From assembly GCF_006345805.1 (NCBI RefSeq), contig NC_043007.1:41292001-41356000 (forward strand): a DNA stretch of 64,000 nt, given 5' to 3'. Below are positions 41,201 through 53,595 of the stretch, in pieces; the stretch's first letter is position 1, and each line of letters begins with the position of its first letter. The notes beneath the pieces were generated by a model. It ran no database searches. It was given only the letters and a program-made list of their open reading frames with translations, and had not been told where the DNA came from. Both the position numbers and the translations under genes were made by a program. The DNA comes from Octopus sinensis. Taxonomy: Eukaryota.

Positions 41201-43755
41201 AGACAAAAACTATTAAACACATCACATGCAACTTCCATATTCATATATTTAGATAAGACCAAACAGTGTTGGTACTTTTATGTGTGAGTGTGTGTGAGCA
41301 TTGTAGAGAAACTTAAGTGTTCAAGTCTTATAATTTTTATCGAGGTTTTTTTTGTCTTATTACCTCCGCCTTAGTGAAGGCGGAGGTCTTGTTCTCAGTC
41401 ATGTTTGTTTGTTTGTTTAACTGTAGACAAAATGTCTCAAGAACTGCTGGATGAATTCGGATGAAACTTTCAGGTATATTTGGCCTTGTAACTGGCACAA
41501 ACTAATTCAATTTTGGGATCAATCTGATACCGGACAAGGATTCGGGATTAATTGTTACATTTACTTTACATGAAGTATTATGATCTTGCGTTCACTTTCA
41601 AGTCTTTCTCTGATTATCTCCCTTGAAAGCACGCTCAGGGTCTCCATGTATGGCGGCGTTGCTCAGAAATTAAACAACACTAACATATTCAGTAACAGTA
41701 ATAAACTAAAATTATCCTTGACAATTTTTAGTTTTACCAATTTTGAATATATTGCTCCTGTTTAAAACCTCTTACCTACTTGACAATTGCATTTCTAGCT
41801 CTGCCTTGAAGGAAGCTTTATTTCTTGGACCTATGTTTTTGTGCACAACAATGTTGTTAAACCTCCGTTAACAGCCCCATATGCAGGTCTTTTCCGTTTT
41901 CTTTCACGCATGGATAAATTTTTCACTATAAACCTATAAGACACTATATCAGTGGATAGACTAAAAAAGGCTTTCATAGAGAAAACTGTCCCTGTTTACA
42001 CTGCAATCGACACACACACAGCATCACTACCATTGGTATCGATCAGTACCTGACAAGGATTCTGGATTATTCTTCCGGTTCTTTTTACTTAATTTTTGAG
42101 AGCAGTCGGGTTCATTTTTAGTATTCTCATTTGTGAGAACGGTTGAGTTTATTTCAGATATTGTCATTTTAATAATCATCTCCAGATAATCGTTGACAGG
42201 ACATTGGTGTTGCCTTGGTGGAGGTTTGCACTCTCTGAGTGCTCTTTTTACCTTATGAGTTCTTCATAGTTTCTTTGCAACAGTAAAGTTCCATGAACCA
42301 TCACCATTTCCAGACCATATCTTCTAGATGAAATGGTAGTGTGTGGGTGTATAGGCAGGGACAAAGTGGTTACTTGATTGTAAAGATATTACAGCTGACT
42401 CTGAAGTTTTGGCCATTAACAGCAGTCAGAGAATGTTTTACTGGAAAGGGGGTGGGGCTATCATATGTTATCATTGTGCTGCGTTATTCATATTGCTTCA
42501 AACATTAAATAATTATGTTTGTGAGAAGTTATGTATATGATGAATACATTGATTATAAAATGAATGTGTTAAAGGGGATTCAATCCACACTCTATCAAAG
42601 TGTGGTATTATATATATATGTATACATATACATATATCTGATACAGATGGTGGAAAAAAGTTTGACACTACACTTAGGAATTGAACCTTGTGTCTCTTGT
42701 AAGCCAGATAGTCATGCCAGTCACTACACCAAGGTAACAAGACAACTTCAACTAACCAAATTAGAAGCCTTAACCTAACAAGCTAGGATTCCTTACACAT
42801 TTATATGTATGCATCTATGTATATAAGTGTGTATATGTGTGTGTAAATACACACACACATATATATCTTAAGCAAAAGTTACTTTCTTTAGCATCAGGGT
42901 AATACATATCTTGTGAGTAAAATTAGATAGACAGAAACTAAAGAGAAGTCCATCAGATAGATTGTACCTGTAATTTGAATGTAAAGCCTTATTGCAATTC
43001 TCAAACTGGTTCTGCAAGAGAATTGTATTAAAAATACATGTCTGTGGAATACTCAGCCACTTACAGACTAATTTAATGAGCAGGTAATTCAGTTGAGAGA
43101 ATAACCAAAACTTCATTATTAAAACTAACAGAGAATCACCCATCCATGCATATAAATCGTTATTATTAATGTCTCTTTCCAATGTTGGCATAGGCTGGAC
43201 AGTTCAACAGCAACCAATGAGCCAGAGATTTGCATTAAGCACCAGTGTCTGCTTTGGATGCTATTCCTAATGCCAACAACTCCCCTGGCACGTAAAAAGC
43301 ACCATCTGTACGTGGCCGATGCCAGCGCCACCTTGACTGGCTTCCGTGCCGGTGGCACATAAAAAGCACCAACCGATCGTGGCCGTTGCCAGCCTCCCCT
43401 GGCACCTGTGCCAGTGGCACATAAAAAGCACCCACTACACTCAGAGTGGTTGGCGTTAGGAAGGGCATCCAGCTGTAGAAACACTGCCAGATCAGACTGG
43501 AGCCTGGTGCAGCCTCCTGGCTTCCCAGACCCCGGTCGAACCGTCCAACCCATGCTAGCATGGAAAACGGACGTTAAACGATGATGATGATAATTTGGTG
43601 ATTTTTTTTTATGGCACCAGCATAAGTGAGGGTACCAAGTACTTGCAAGACACACTTTGAAATGCAGGGTTGAAACAAGTGACAATAAGAAAACTTACAA
43701 CATCTCGATCATTCTCATCTAGAATAGTCAGCAATGGACAGGCAGTATCCGTCAT
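20249..43755 (-). CDS. STYX: Serine/threonine/tyrosine-interacting protein (STYX) pseudophosphatase, 10 coding exons, ~198 aa
   Basis: GT-AG exons 43755-43699, 32688-32656, 31553-31500, 30859-30762, 29862-29802, 28356-28280, 27272-27222, 26624-26552, 24312-24249 and 20277-20249 join in frame. They give DWSYSMRREMQEIVPGLFLGPY...HGITHIVCIRQ...LVHGNAGISRSAA...RRFCINPNEGFVRQL...LKRKYED*, collinear with vertebrate STYX as recalled; Gly replaces the catalytic Cys. Confidence 0.93.
20365..20870. mobile_element. Tc2/pogo-type MITE in the last STYX intron
   Basis: TIRs CCGTAAATCCTCGAGTATA / TATACTTGAGGATTTACGG, flanked by TA and CA (mutated TA). Confidence 0.75.
21210..23720 (-). mobile_element. Degenerate, internally deleted RTE-clade LINE (APE endonuclease and RT fragments plus 3' tail)
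   Basis: ISAYAPQPGLP, GSCNEERTRLLEFCNANDLMICN and QIDYIL (endonuclease); LAFVDLEKAFDRVPR and LLYADDL (RT); GKPRKTWDEVV; (GAT)n-type tail near 21210. Confidence 0.85.
24249..24312 (-). CDS. STYX: STYX exon (EFEPIYRARMSQMNGQRSAEI)
   Basis: aacag / gtaaat splice sites. Confidence 0.88.
26552..26624 (-). CDS. STYX: STYX exon (QASSHVQLRRFCINPNEGFVRQLM)
   Basis: tacag / gtaagt splice sites; visible inside ORF 26381..26749. Confidence 0.92.
27222..27272 (-). CDS. STYX: STYX exon (AAMVIAFIMERYSLSYR)
   Basis: accag / gtaagt splice sites. Confidence 0.92.
27430..27730 (-). mobile_element. Probable HINE/Helentron-derived non-autonomous fragment
   Basis: Subterminal inverted motif (ttaccttgtgcgca vs cacgcacaaggataa), GT microsatellite, gattttctccaaatttgg core. 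Confidence 0.4.
28280..28356 (-). CDS. STYX: STYX exon carrying the inactive P-loop (VKDFLDDCFRQGGRALVHGNAGISRS)
   Basis: cacag / gtaaaa splice sites; HGxxGxxR instead of HCxxGxxR. Confidence 0.93.
29802..29862 (-). CDS. STYX: STYX exon (YLLLNIADKPTENIIQHFKK)
   Basis: tgtag / gtatca splice sites. Confidence 0.92.
30762..30859 (-). CDS. STYX: STYX exon (YETLKKHGITHIVCIRQDVEARFIRPNFLQHFV)
   Basis: tctag / gtgagt splice sites. Confidence 0.92.
31500..31553 (-). CDS. STYX: STYX exon (EIVPGLFLGPYAAAMKNK)
   Basis: tacag / gtaagt splice sites. Confidence 0.92.
32102..32335 (+). mobile_element. tRNA-derived SINE with Meta-type central domain; further copies at ~6215-6415, 6480-6675, 29455-29665 and 48980-49110
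   Basis: tRNA-like head (gagctggcaga...gagttcaaattcc) plus gcctttcatcctttcggggtcgattaaataagtaccag. Confidence 0.75.
32470..32513 (-). ncRNA. Decayed type I hammerhead motif inside a tRNA-headed repeat (~32410-32622)
   Basis: ACAC-uUGAUGA-A-GGCUG(10 nt)CAGCC-aAAAC-aUU-GUGU; stems I and II intact, three core transitions. Confidence 0.55.
32656..32688 (-). CDS. STYX: STYX exon (DWSYSMRREMQ)
   Basis: tttag / gtattg splice sites. Confidence 0.9.
33905..34187 (+). mobile_element. SINE-like element with RTE-type 3' tail and internal ~45-55-bp tandem subrepeats; copies at ~43200-43590 and 48110-48520
   Basis: Repeated ggtggcacgtaaaaagcacc units, ggcgttaggaagggcatccagc core, cgttaaa(c/t)gatgatgat tail shared with the RTE at 21210. 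Confidence 0.75.
35781..35807 (-). CDS. STYX: Candidate alternative STYX first coding exon (MNYEDDYFE)
   Basis: ATG preceded by an in-frame stop, strong GAG|gtaagt phase-0 donor, CpG-retaining unique sequence upstream. Confidence 0.45.
41359..42247 (+). mobile_element. HINE (Helentron-associated, DINE-1-like) non-autonomous element
   Basis: 5' TTACCTCCGCCTT with adjacent inverted copy AAGGCGGAGGT, (GTTT)n, 3' subTIR TTGGTGGAGGT and terminal hairpin GCACTC-tct-GAGTGC followed by Ts. Confidence 0.7.
42665..42735 (-). repeat. Degenerate tRNA-like sequence (SINE head or tRNA pseudogene)
   Basis: A-box-like TGGTGTAGTGACTGG and B-box-like GGTTCAATTCC; cloverleaf stems imperfect. Confidence 0.4.
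43699..43755 (-). CDS. STYX: STYX first coding exon (MTDTACPLLTILDENDRDV); exon extends to 43800 as 5' UTR
   Basis: Polypyrimidine + tacag acceptor, gtaagt donor, phase 0; 19 codons, the same length as the human N-terminus before EWTYPMRREMQ (from recall). Confidence 0.7.
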
Positions 43756-45079
43756 GGTTGATTCGTGTGTTAATTGTCTGCTTTGTCATCCAGAAATGTG
43801 CTGTATTAGTGAAAAAGAGAAAAAAAAGAGATTCAAAGATATGCATACATACAAATGCATAAAGACAGGCACATCTGTATAAGTATGTGTGTACAGGCCA
43901 TTCTGGGTTATTTTTGTTAGCCCATTTTTGTTTAAATTATGCAAACTATCAAGGCCATAATTGTTTTCTACTCTTTTTCTAAAAGTCCCTTGGCTACTGG
44001 AAACACATGTCCATGACTGTTCTCTTATCTCCAGACAATAAGCTTGTCCTTTTTTTTGAATGGCATGTTAACTTTGGAGCATTCGTGATTTGTGAGATTA
44101 TCTCCCCTTCTCATATGTGGGCTGGACTGAATTGCTATTTAATAATTATGAGGCATCCTCTAAAGGCAGAAATAATTTTAATAAATCAAGAATTTATGTT
44201 GTGTGGTATTTCATATGCTGGTATTTGTCTATTATCATCATTATCAACATTTAACGTCCATTTTTCATGATGGCTTGAGAGGAACTGGCGAGGCCAGGGG
44301 TCACACCAGGTTCCATAATGTTTTGGCTTGGTTTTTATGACTGATACCCTTCCTAAAACCAACCATTCCACAGAGTGTACTAGGTGCTTTTTAGATGGCA
44401 CCAGCACCCTCACCAATGCTTTTTAGATGGCACCTTGGTTTTAAGAACTCAATTCTGTTGTGGTGGGCATGTCTACTTGAGTACAACAATGTGCCACATA
44501 TCTTAGTCCTCTGACATACACAAATGTATTATACACTCACAAAACCAGACATTTGCACAATCCCACAGAAGCTCGAAATTTTTCACTTACACACATACAC
44601 ACATGTGTGTAAGGCTTAGCTGGGTGGAGGTGCTTGTCTCTCCCTTGTAAACATAAGGACACAGGAAATGTGTCAAGGCCAACAGGAAGCGTCGATGCTT
44701 CCTAGGGCTAAATAGCAGTGGTGTGATTCCCTTCATGGGACTGTCACATTAAGTTGACAGTATACAACTACTCTATCATAATGGCTGACGGTTAGTAAGG
44801 AGAGACACAAATAAGTGAGAAGAAAACAAAGGACCACTGATGCGGTCACAGGAGTGTGGTGAAAGAACTTTGGCCGAAATAAGATTAAGATTAATGTAAA
44901 AAATAAATATCACTGAAGCAAAATAACACCAAATATATAGTGCGTGTGTTTTTATTGGCTAAACTGGCAATATGACCATTCCGAAATATAACAATATCTG
45001 TTTCAACACACGACTTCACATAAAAAATCTTGCACAACAAATATTTAAACGTTTCTAATATTGTTTTTGGTGAAGTAGC

Positions 45080-47100
45080 AAGATGGACAGAGCTGCTCTT
45101 CTTTGCATCTCTTGCTGCATTGTGGGTTCATCTGGTACCAGATAGGAACCTGTCCAGACGTTCCTTGAAAACTTCCGCATCAATACCATGTAGATCTCTA
45201 AGGTTGCTTGGAAGGATGTTGAACAATTGCAGGCCCTTAAAACCCAGACTATTGCAGTACTGTGTCCTTATTCTAGACAGGTAAGAAAGGAGCTTTGGTA
45301 TGATGCAGTGCCATCCAGTTCGAGGATTGGTATAGCTGTCAAAATTGAGAGCTAAACCCTCCAAATATATATCACCACATATCTTTCTTGTCTTCTCTCC
45401 AGTGAACACAGACTCAGCTCCCTTAGCCTCTCCCAGTAGCCCATCTTTTGCATCGAGTCAATCTTCTTTGTGTACTGGTGCTGGATTGCTTCAAGTTCCA
45501 AACTCTCTGGGGACCATAGTTGGGAGCAGTAGTCCAAGCAGCTGAGAACAAAAGTCTTCTATAGGAGTAGCAGAGCCTCCCTTTTCCTGATTCTGAATGT
45601 CCTCAGAATCCAGCCAGCCACTCTTTTGCACAGTGTTGCAATCTTGGTAATATGCACATGGAATGTTGCATCATTGCTCATGTGAACCCCCAGGTCACAC
45701 ACCAACTCTGACTCTGGGATCATATTACCTTCTGGTCCAGTGTATTCTGGTTTTAGCCTGGTGTTGGACTGATAGTGGAGTGCCTGAAATTTCATAGCAT
45801 TGCACTGCATGTTATTTTTGTTAGCCCATTAGAAGACTTCGTTCAGGTCTTTCTGAAGTTTTATGATGTCCTTCCTAACTGCCTGCAATACTTTTGTGTC
45901 ATCAGCATAACTGGTCAGATTGGCTGACTGTACCACGGAGGGCATGTCTGAGAGGGCTACCATAAATAGTAGTGGCCCCAGTACAGTTCCCTGTGGGACT
46001 CCATTGAGAATTGGTGTCTCCTCGGGGTGAGCACCATTGGCTACTACTATCTGACTCCTGTCTTTCAGGAAATCATGTGGCCACTCACCCAGTTTCCCGG
46101 TAACACCAAGGTTTCGCAGCTTGTGGCATATCATGCCATGATCAACCTTGTCGAAGGCCTTGGCAAAGTTGAGGTATATCACATCTACAGCTGACTGGTT
46201 TAGCCATTGCTTCAGTACCCAGTCAAAGTGCTGCAGCAACTGTGTGAGGCAGCTCTTTCCTGGACGGAAGCCAGGTTGCTTGTTTGTGAGGTTGTTTTCT
46301 TCTAGGAACATGATTAACCTTTCTCTGACAATGTGTTCCATTGTCTTGCAAACAAGTGCGGTCAGAGGGATGAACCTGTAGGTTTTAGCATCTGCTCTCC
46401 TCCTTCCTTTATAGACGAGGCATATTATACCCTCTTTTAGCATGTTGGGGAGTTTACAACATGCAAAGAAACTCTGAAAGAGTATCTGCAGTGGCTTTGC
46501 TAAAGCCTTTTTACATGTCTTTAAGAGAAGAGCCAGGAGTCCACCTGGGCCTGTTGCTGCGTTTGATCTCATCTCATCAATAACCAATATTACATCCTCT
46601 TCTGTGATGTTGACGTAATCGATTGTTGCCTAATAGATTCATTACATTGAAAAACTCCTTTGGCTTGTTTATTTGCATATTTCCATTGGAGAAGTGAAAA
46701 CACTTCAGAATTGTTTATTTAGTGCTTCACTTATCTTCCTTGGGTCTGCAGTTAGTGAGTCATTTTTACCAAATAGTGGCTCTATCTTATAGCGTACTGA
46801 CGTAGACTCCTTTGCCAACGTGTAGAAGGCTTTAGGATTTCTTTTTATATTTTCAACTGCTCAGGTTTCTCTTTCTTTTTCATGGGAGATTTTGAGTTTA
46901 TTTTCTATCACAAAGAGTTCCTTTGTCAGATGGGATCTCACACTGTCATTAAGGTGTTTGTTTAAATGATCATTATTCTCCTCCGCATGAGTATTTTCCT
47001 GTCTCAGGGAATGACGTTTTTGTGTGTATTGGCTCCTTTCTCAGGGAAATATTTAATGCATATGGCTCACATTATTGACATGAATTTATTGAGTTTTTTA
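45080..47100 (-). mobile_element. Degenerate CR1/L2-group LINE ORF2 (RT domain and C-terminus), 5'-truncated
   Basis: ORF 45829..46587: KQPGFRPGKSCLTQLL, IYLNFAKAFDKVDH, GVPQGTVLGPLLF, YADDTK; downstream DLGVHM, DYCSQLWSP and YWERLRELSLCSLERR. Confidence 0.9.
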
Positions 47101-47179
47101 TTGACTGGCTGGCTGGATCCTAAGAACATTCAGAACCAGAGATAAGGAAACGATGATGGTCCTCTGAAGGACATTTGTC

Positions 47180-47668
47180 CTTAGCCACCTGGATTACTGC
47201 TCCCAGCCATGGTCACCGAACAGTGTAAAATTAACAGCAGAACTTGAAGCAATCCAGTGAAGCTTCACAAAGAAGATTGTCTCATTGCTACAGCTCAGCT
47301 ACTGGGAAAGGCTGAAACAGCTCCCTGGAGTGAAGGCAGGAGAGGTATGCAGTAATATACATCTGGAAGATCATGGAAGGAATTATGTCAAATTTTGGCA
47401 CTGAAAGCTACACCAATGCCAGAATGGGTCAACACTGCACAGTACCAAATCTCCCAGCAATGCCATCACGCTTCAGAGCCAATTACTGCAACAGCCTGGG
47501 TTTCAGGGGCCCACAGCTTTTTAATATTCTCCCAAAGAGCCTGAGGGGCCTACACAAAGTGGATATAGGTGTTTTCAAATCAAAACTGGACCTCTTCCTG
47601 TTGAGAGTCCCAGATGAACCTACCTCATGGCGAGAGGTGCAAATGAGGATAGTGACATCAAATTCAAT
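47180..47668 (+). mobile_element. 3' fragment of a related CR1-type LINE in the opposite orientation
   Basis: [33 protein letters not shown] and [16 protein letters not shown], homologous to ORFs 45128..45537. Confidence 0.8.
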
Positions 47669-47669
47669 T

Positions 47670-47811
47670 CATATATCTACATATATACATACACACACAC
47701 ACATATATATACACACACATGTACATACATATACATATATATATACATGTATACATATACATACACACTTACACATATATATATACACACACATACACAT
47801 ATATACACACT

Positions 47812-47847
<36 letters not shown>

Positions 47848-48016
47848 CACATATATATATACATACATATATATACACACACATATATATACATACATAT
47901 ATATATACACACACATATATATACATACATATATATATACACACACATATATATACATACATATATATATACACACACATATATATACATACATATATAT
48001 ATACACACACATATAT

Positions 48017-48058
<42 letters not shown>

Positions 48059-48068
48059 TATATATATA
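47670..48068. repeat. (TA)n/(TACA)n compound microsatellite
   Basis: Direct inspection. Confidence 0.95.
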
Positions 48069-48574
48069 AGCAAAATCGCTAGTTATAAAATCTCATATTT
48101 ATATATCGTTACCAGCGTCTCCTTACTGGCACTTGTGCCCGTGCTAGTAGGGTGCCAAGAGCACCATCCAAGCGTGATCATTGCCAGAGCGGCTAACTGG
48201 CTTCCGTGCCAGTGGCACATAAAAGGGCACCATTCAAGCGTGATCGTTACCAGCATCGTCTTACTGGCACCTGTGCTTGTGGCATGTATAAAAAGATTCG
48301 AGCGAGGTCATTGCCAGTACTGGCCGACTGGCCCCTGTGCCGGTGGCACGTAAAAAGCACCCACTACACTCTCGGAGTGGTTGGCGTTAGGAAGGGCATC
48401 CAGCTGTAGAAACTCTGCCAGATCAAGACTGGAGACTGGTGCAGCCATCTGGTTCGCAAGTTCTCAGTCAAAATCGTCCAACCCATGCTAGCATGGAAAG
48501 CAGACGTTAAACGATAATGATATATATATACACACACACACGTGTTCAGGCTAAATTTGAAAGTTTGCATAAAA

Positions 48575-48970
48575 AGGAAAAGAAAATATATTATCCCATC
48601 CAAAAATATCGACTGCGTTATGACTGGGTGACAGCAGTTTACACAAAGCAACTGCCCTCGACTTACATCACAGCCTTAAGATGGCTTTGGAACCTGGCAC
48701 ATGTGCTCCACACTATGTTCTTGGGGAGATCTTTAGACACCTCCATGATCTTGGCCACCAGCTAGGCCTTGTTGTAGCAGGCAAAGTAATTAGTGTCTTT
48801 CTCAACTGCAAACCACATAAAGTAATCCAAGGGATTAAAATCAGGGGAATTAGGAAGCCAGAAATTGGGGCTGATGAAGTAGTAGAAATACTCCAACAAC
48901 CACTTATGACTCTTTTTGAATGCATGGCTAGGACCGAATCCTAACTGCCAGACATATGGCCTTTCAACAG
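48575..48970 (-). mobile_element. Tc1/mariner transposase C-terminal remnant
   Basis: - strand reads FWLPNSPDFNPLDYFMW...C..F..HLKAV (WPPNSPDLNPLDY motif) with stops. Confidence 0.75.
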
Positions 48971-49256
48971 CAACCCACGTTCTGAGTTCAAATCCTGCTG
49001 GGGTTGACTTTACTTTTCATCCTTTTAGGTTTGATAAAATAAGTACCAGTTGAACACTAGGTTCGATGTAATTGACTTATTTTGTCACCTGAAATTGCTA
49101 GCCTTGAAATCAATATTCACATGTTTTCCAGTCCACCATGAGAGCTAACTATTTCTCAACAACAATTTTAATATTTGTGTTCTCCTATGCCACCAACAGT
49201 TCATTAAAACATCAAGCTGTTCCTGACGGGAGACAAAAAACCGCGTAAATTTAGCC

Positions 49257-49563
49257 GTGTGTATATATATATATGTGTGTGTGTGTGTATATATATATTT
49301 ATACATACATACACATACATATAGTTATATATATATATATACATACACATACGTACATACATATATATATAGTTATATATATATATATACATACACATAC
49401 GTACATACATACATATATATATATATATATACATACATACATACACATACGTACATACATACATATATATATATATATACATACATACATACACATACAT
49501 ACATATATATATATATATATACATACACATACATACATATATATATAATATATATATACATAC

Positions 49564-49594
<31 letters not shown>

Positions 49595-49665
49595 CATACA
49601 CATACATACATATATATATATATATACATACACATACATACATATATATATATATATACATACAC

Positions 49666-49698
<33 letters not shown>

Positions 49699-49774
49699 CA
49701 TACACATACATACATATATATATATATATACATACACATACATACATACATATATATATAATATATACATACAC

Positions 49775-49807
<33 letters not shown>

Positions 49808-49850
49808 CATACACATACATACATACATATATATATATATATACATACAC

Positions 49851-49881
<31 letters not shown>

Positions 49882-49888
49882 CATACAC

Positions 49889-49919
<31 letters not shown>

Positions 49920-49924
49920 CATAC

Positions 49925-49967
<43 letters not shown>

Positions 49968-50204
49968 CACATACATACATATATATATATATACATACAC
50001 ATACATACTATATATATATATATATACATACACATACATACATATATATATATTACATACACAACATACATACATATATATATATACATACACATACATA
50101 CATATATATATATACATACACATACATATATATATATACATACACATACATATATATATATACATACACATACATACATACATATATATATATATATATT
50201 ATAT

Positions 50205-50240
<36 letters not shown>

Positions 50241-50245
50241 CATAC

Positions 50246-50289
<44 letters not shown>

Positions 50290-50423
50290 CACATACATAC
50301 ATACATACATACACATACATACATATATATATATATAATATATATATACATACATACACATACATACATACATACATACATACACATACATACATACATA
50401 TATATATATATACATACATACAC

Positions 50424-50456
<33 letters not shown>

Positions 50457-50634
50457 CATACACATACATACATACATATATAATATATATTACATACACA
50501 TACATACATATATATATATATTATATATATACATACACTACATACATATATTATATATATATATACATACACATACATACATATATATATATATATACAT
50601 ACACATACATACTATATATATATTATACATACAC

Positions 50635-50667
<33 letters not shown>

Positions 50668-50672
50668 CATAC

Positions 50673-50703
<31 letters not shown>

Positions 50704-50782
50704 CATACACATACATACATACATATATATATATATATACATACACATACATACATACATATATATATATATATACATACAC

Positions 50783-50813
<31 letters not shown>

Positions 50814-50820
50814 CATACAC

Positions 50821-50853
<33 letters not shown>

Positions 50854-50860
50854 CATACAC

Positions 50861-50892
<32 letters not shown>

Positions 50893-51139
50893 CATACACA
50901 TCATACATATATATATTATATATTATATATAACATACACATACATACTATATATATATATACATACCATACATACATATATATATATATATATACATACA
51001 CATACATACATATATATATATATACATACACATACATACATACATATATAATATATACATACACATACATACATTATATATATACATACACATACATATA
51101 TTATATACATACACATACATATATATATATACATTACAC

Positions 51140-51180
<41 letters not shown>

Positions 51181-51214
51181 ACATATCATATATATATATA
51201 TATTATATACATAC

Positions 51215-51247
<33 letters not shown>

Positions 51248-51272
51248 CATACATACATACATACATACATAC

Positions 51273-51303
<31 letters not shown>

Positions 51304-51416
51304 CATACATACACATACATACATACATACATACATACATACAACATACATATATATATATATATACATCATACACATACATACATATATATAATTATAT
51401 ATATATATACATACAC

Positions 51417-51447
<31 letters not shown>

Positions 51448-51621
51448 CATACACATACATACATACATATATATATATATATAATACATACACATACATA
51501 CATACTATATATATATATATATATATATACATATATATATAATATACATACACATACATACATACATATATATTATATACATATATATATATATATACAT
51601 ACACATACATACATACATATA

Positions 51622-51659
<38 letters not shown>

Positions 51660-51660
51660 C

Positions 51661-51705
<45 letters not shown>

Positions 51706-52350
51706 TTACATACACATAACATATATATTATACATACACATACATACATACATATATACATATATATATAATATATATATATATATATTATATATAACAT
51801 ACACATACATATATATATATATACATCACATACATTACATACATATATATATATATATAATACACATACATACATACATATTATATATATATATACATAC
51901 ACTACATACATACATATATATAATATATATACATACACATACATATATATATTATATATATATCCATACACATACATACATAATATATATCATATATATA
52001 CATACACATACATACATACACACATATATATATATACATAATATATATATATACATACATACATATATATATTATATATTATACATACATACATACATAA
52101 CATACATACATATACATACATACATATATATATATTATACATACATACATATATATATACATACATACTACATATATATATATAATATACATACATACAT
52201 ATACATATATATATATATATACATACATACATACATACTACATATATATATACATATATACATACATACATATATATATATAATATATACATACATACCT
52301 ACATATATATATATATATATTACATACACATACATACATACATATATATA

Positions 52351-52381
<31 letters not shown>

Positions 52382-52388
52382 CATACAC

Positions 52389-52439
<51 letters not shown>

Positions 52440-52442
52440 CAC

Positions 52443-52497
<55 letters not shown>

Positions 52498-52512
52498 CAC
52501 ATACATATATAC

Positions 52513-52550
<38 letters not shown>

Positions 52551-52601
52551 CACATACATATATATATATATACATACACATACATACATACATATATACA
52601 T

Positions 52602-52637
<36 letters not shown>

Positions 52638-52847
52638 CATACACATACATATCATATATATACATACACATACATACATACATATATATATTATACATAC
52701 ACATACATACATACATATATATATATATATACATACACATACATACATATATATATATATATACATACACATACATACATATATATATATATATACATAC
52801 ACATACATACATACATATATATATTATATACATACACATACATACAT

Positions 52848-52908
<61 letters not shown>

Positions 52909-53039
52909 ACATACATACATATATATATACATACATATACATACATACATATATATATATAATATACATACATACATATATATATACATACATATACATA
53001 TATATATATATATACATACATATACATAATATATATATA

Positions 53040-53071
<32 letters not shown>

Positions 53072-53264
53072 TATATATATACTACACATACATATATATA
53101 TTATATATATACATACATACATACATATATATATACATACATACACATACATACATATATACATACATACATACATACATACACATACATACATATATAC
53201 ATACATACATACATAATATATACATACATACATACACATACATACATATATATACATACATACA

Positions 53265-53304
<40 letters not shown>

Positions 53305-53417
53305 CATACATACATATATATATACATACACATACATACATACATATATATATATATATACATACATACATACACATACATACATACATACATATATATA
53401 TATACATACATGCATAC

Positions 53418-53507
<90 letters not shown>

Positions 53508-53595
53508 CATACATACATACCTACATATATATATATACATACATACATACATACACATATATATATTATATATATATACACACACACACACATAC
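49257..53595. repeat. ~4.3-kb compound (TA)n-(TACA)n satellite array
   Basis: Recurring unit (TA)n-CATACACATACATACA throughout. Confidence 0.97.

Noticed and set aside
42665-42735. Functional tRNA gene
   Set aside because: Only A/B-box remnants; acceptor and anticodon stems do not pair properly
43270-43440. Regularly spaced ~20-bp repeats with variable spacers (CRISPR-like look; also at 21360-21540, 33910-34030 and 48110-48360)
   Set aside because: Internal tandem subrepeats of a eukaryotic SINE/RTE tail; spacers are homologous to each other and no cas genes are present
48865-48900. CTGATGA...GAAA spacing resembling a hammerhead core
   Set aside because: No stems; lies within the mariner transposase remnant
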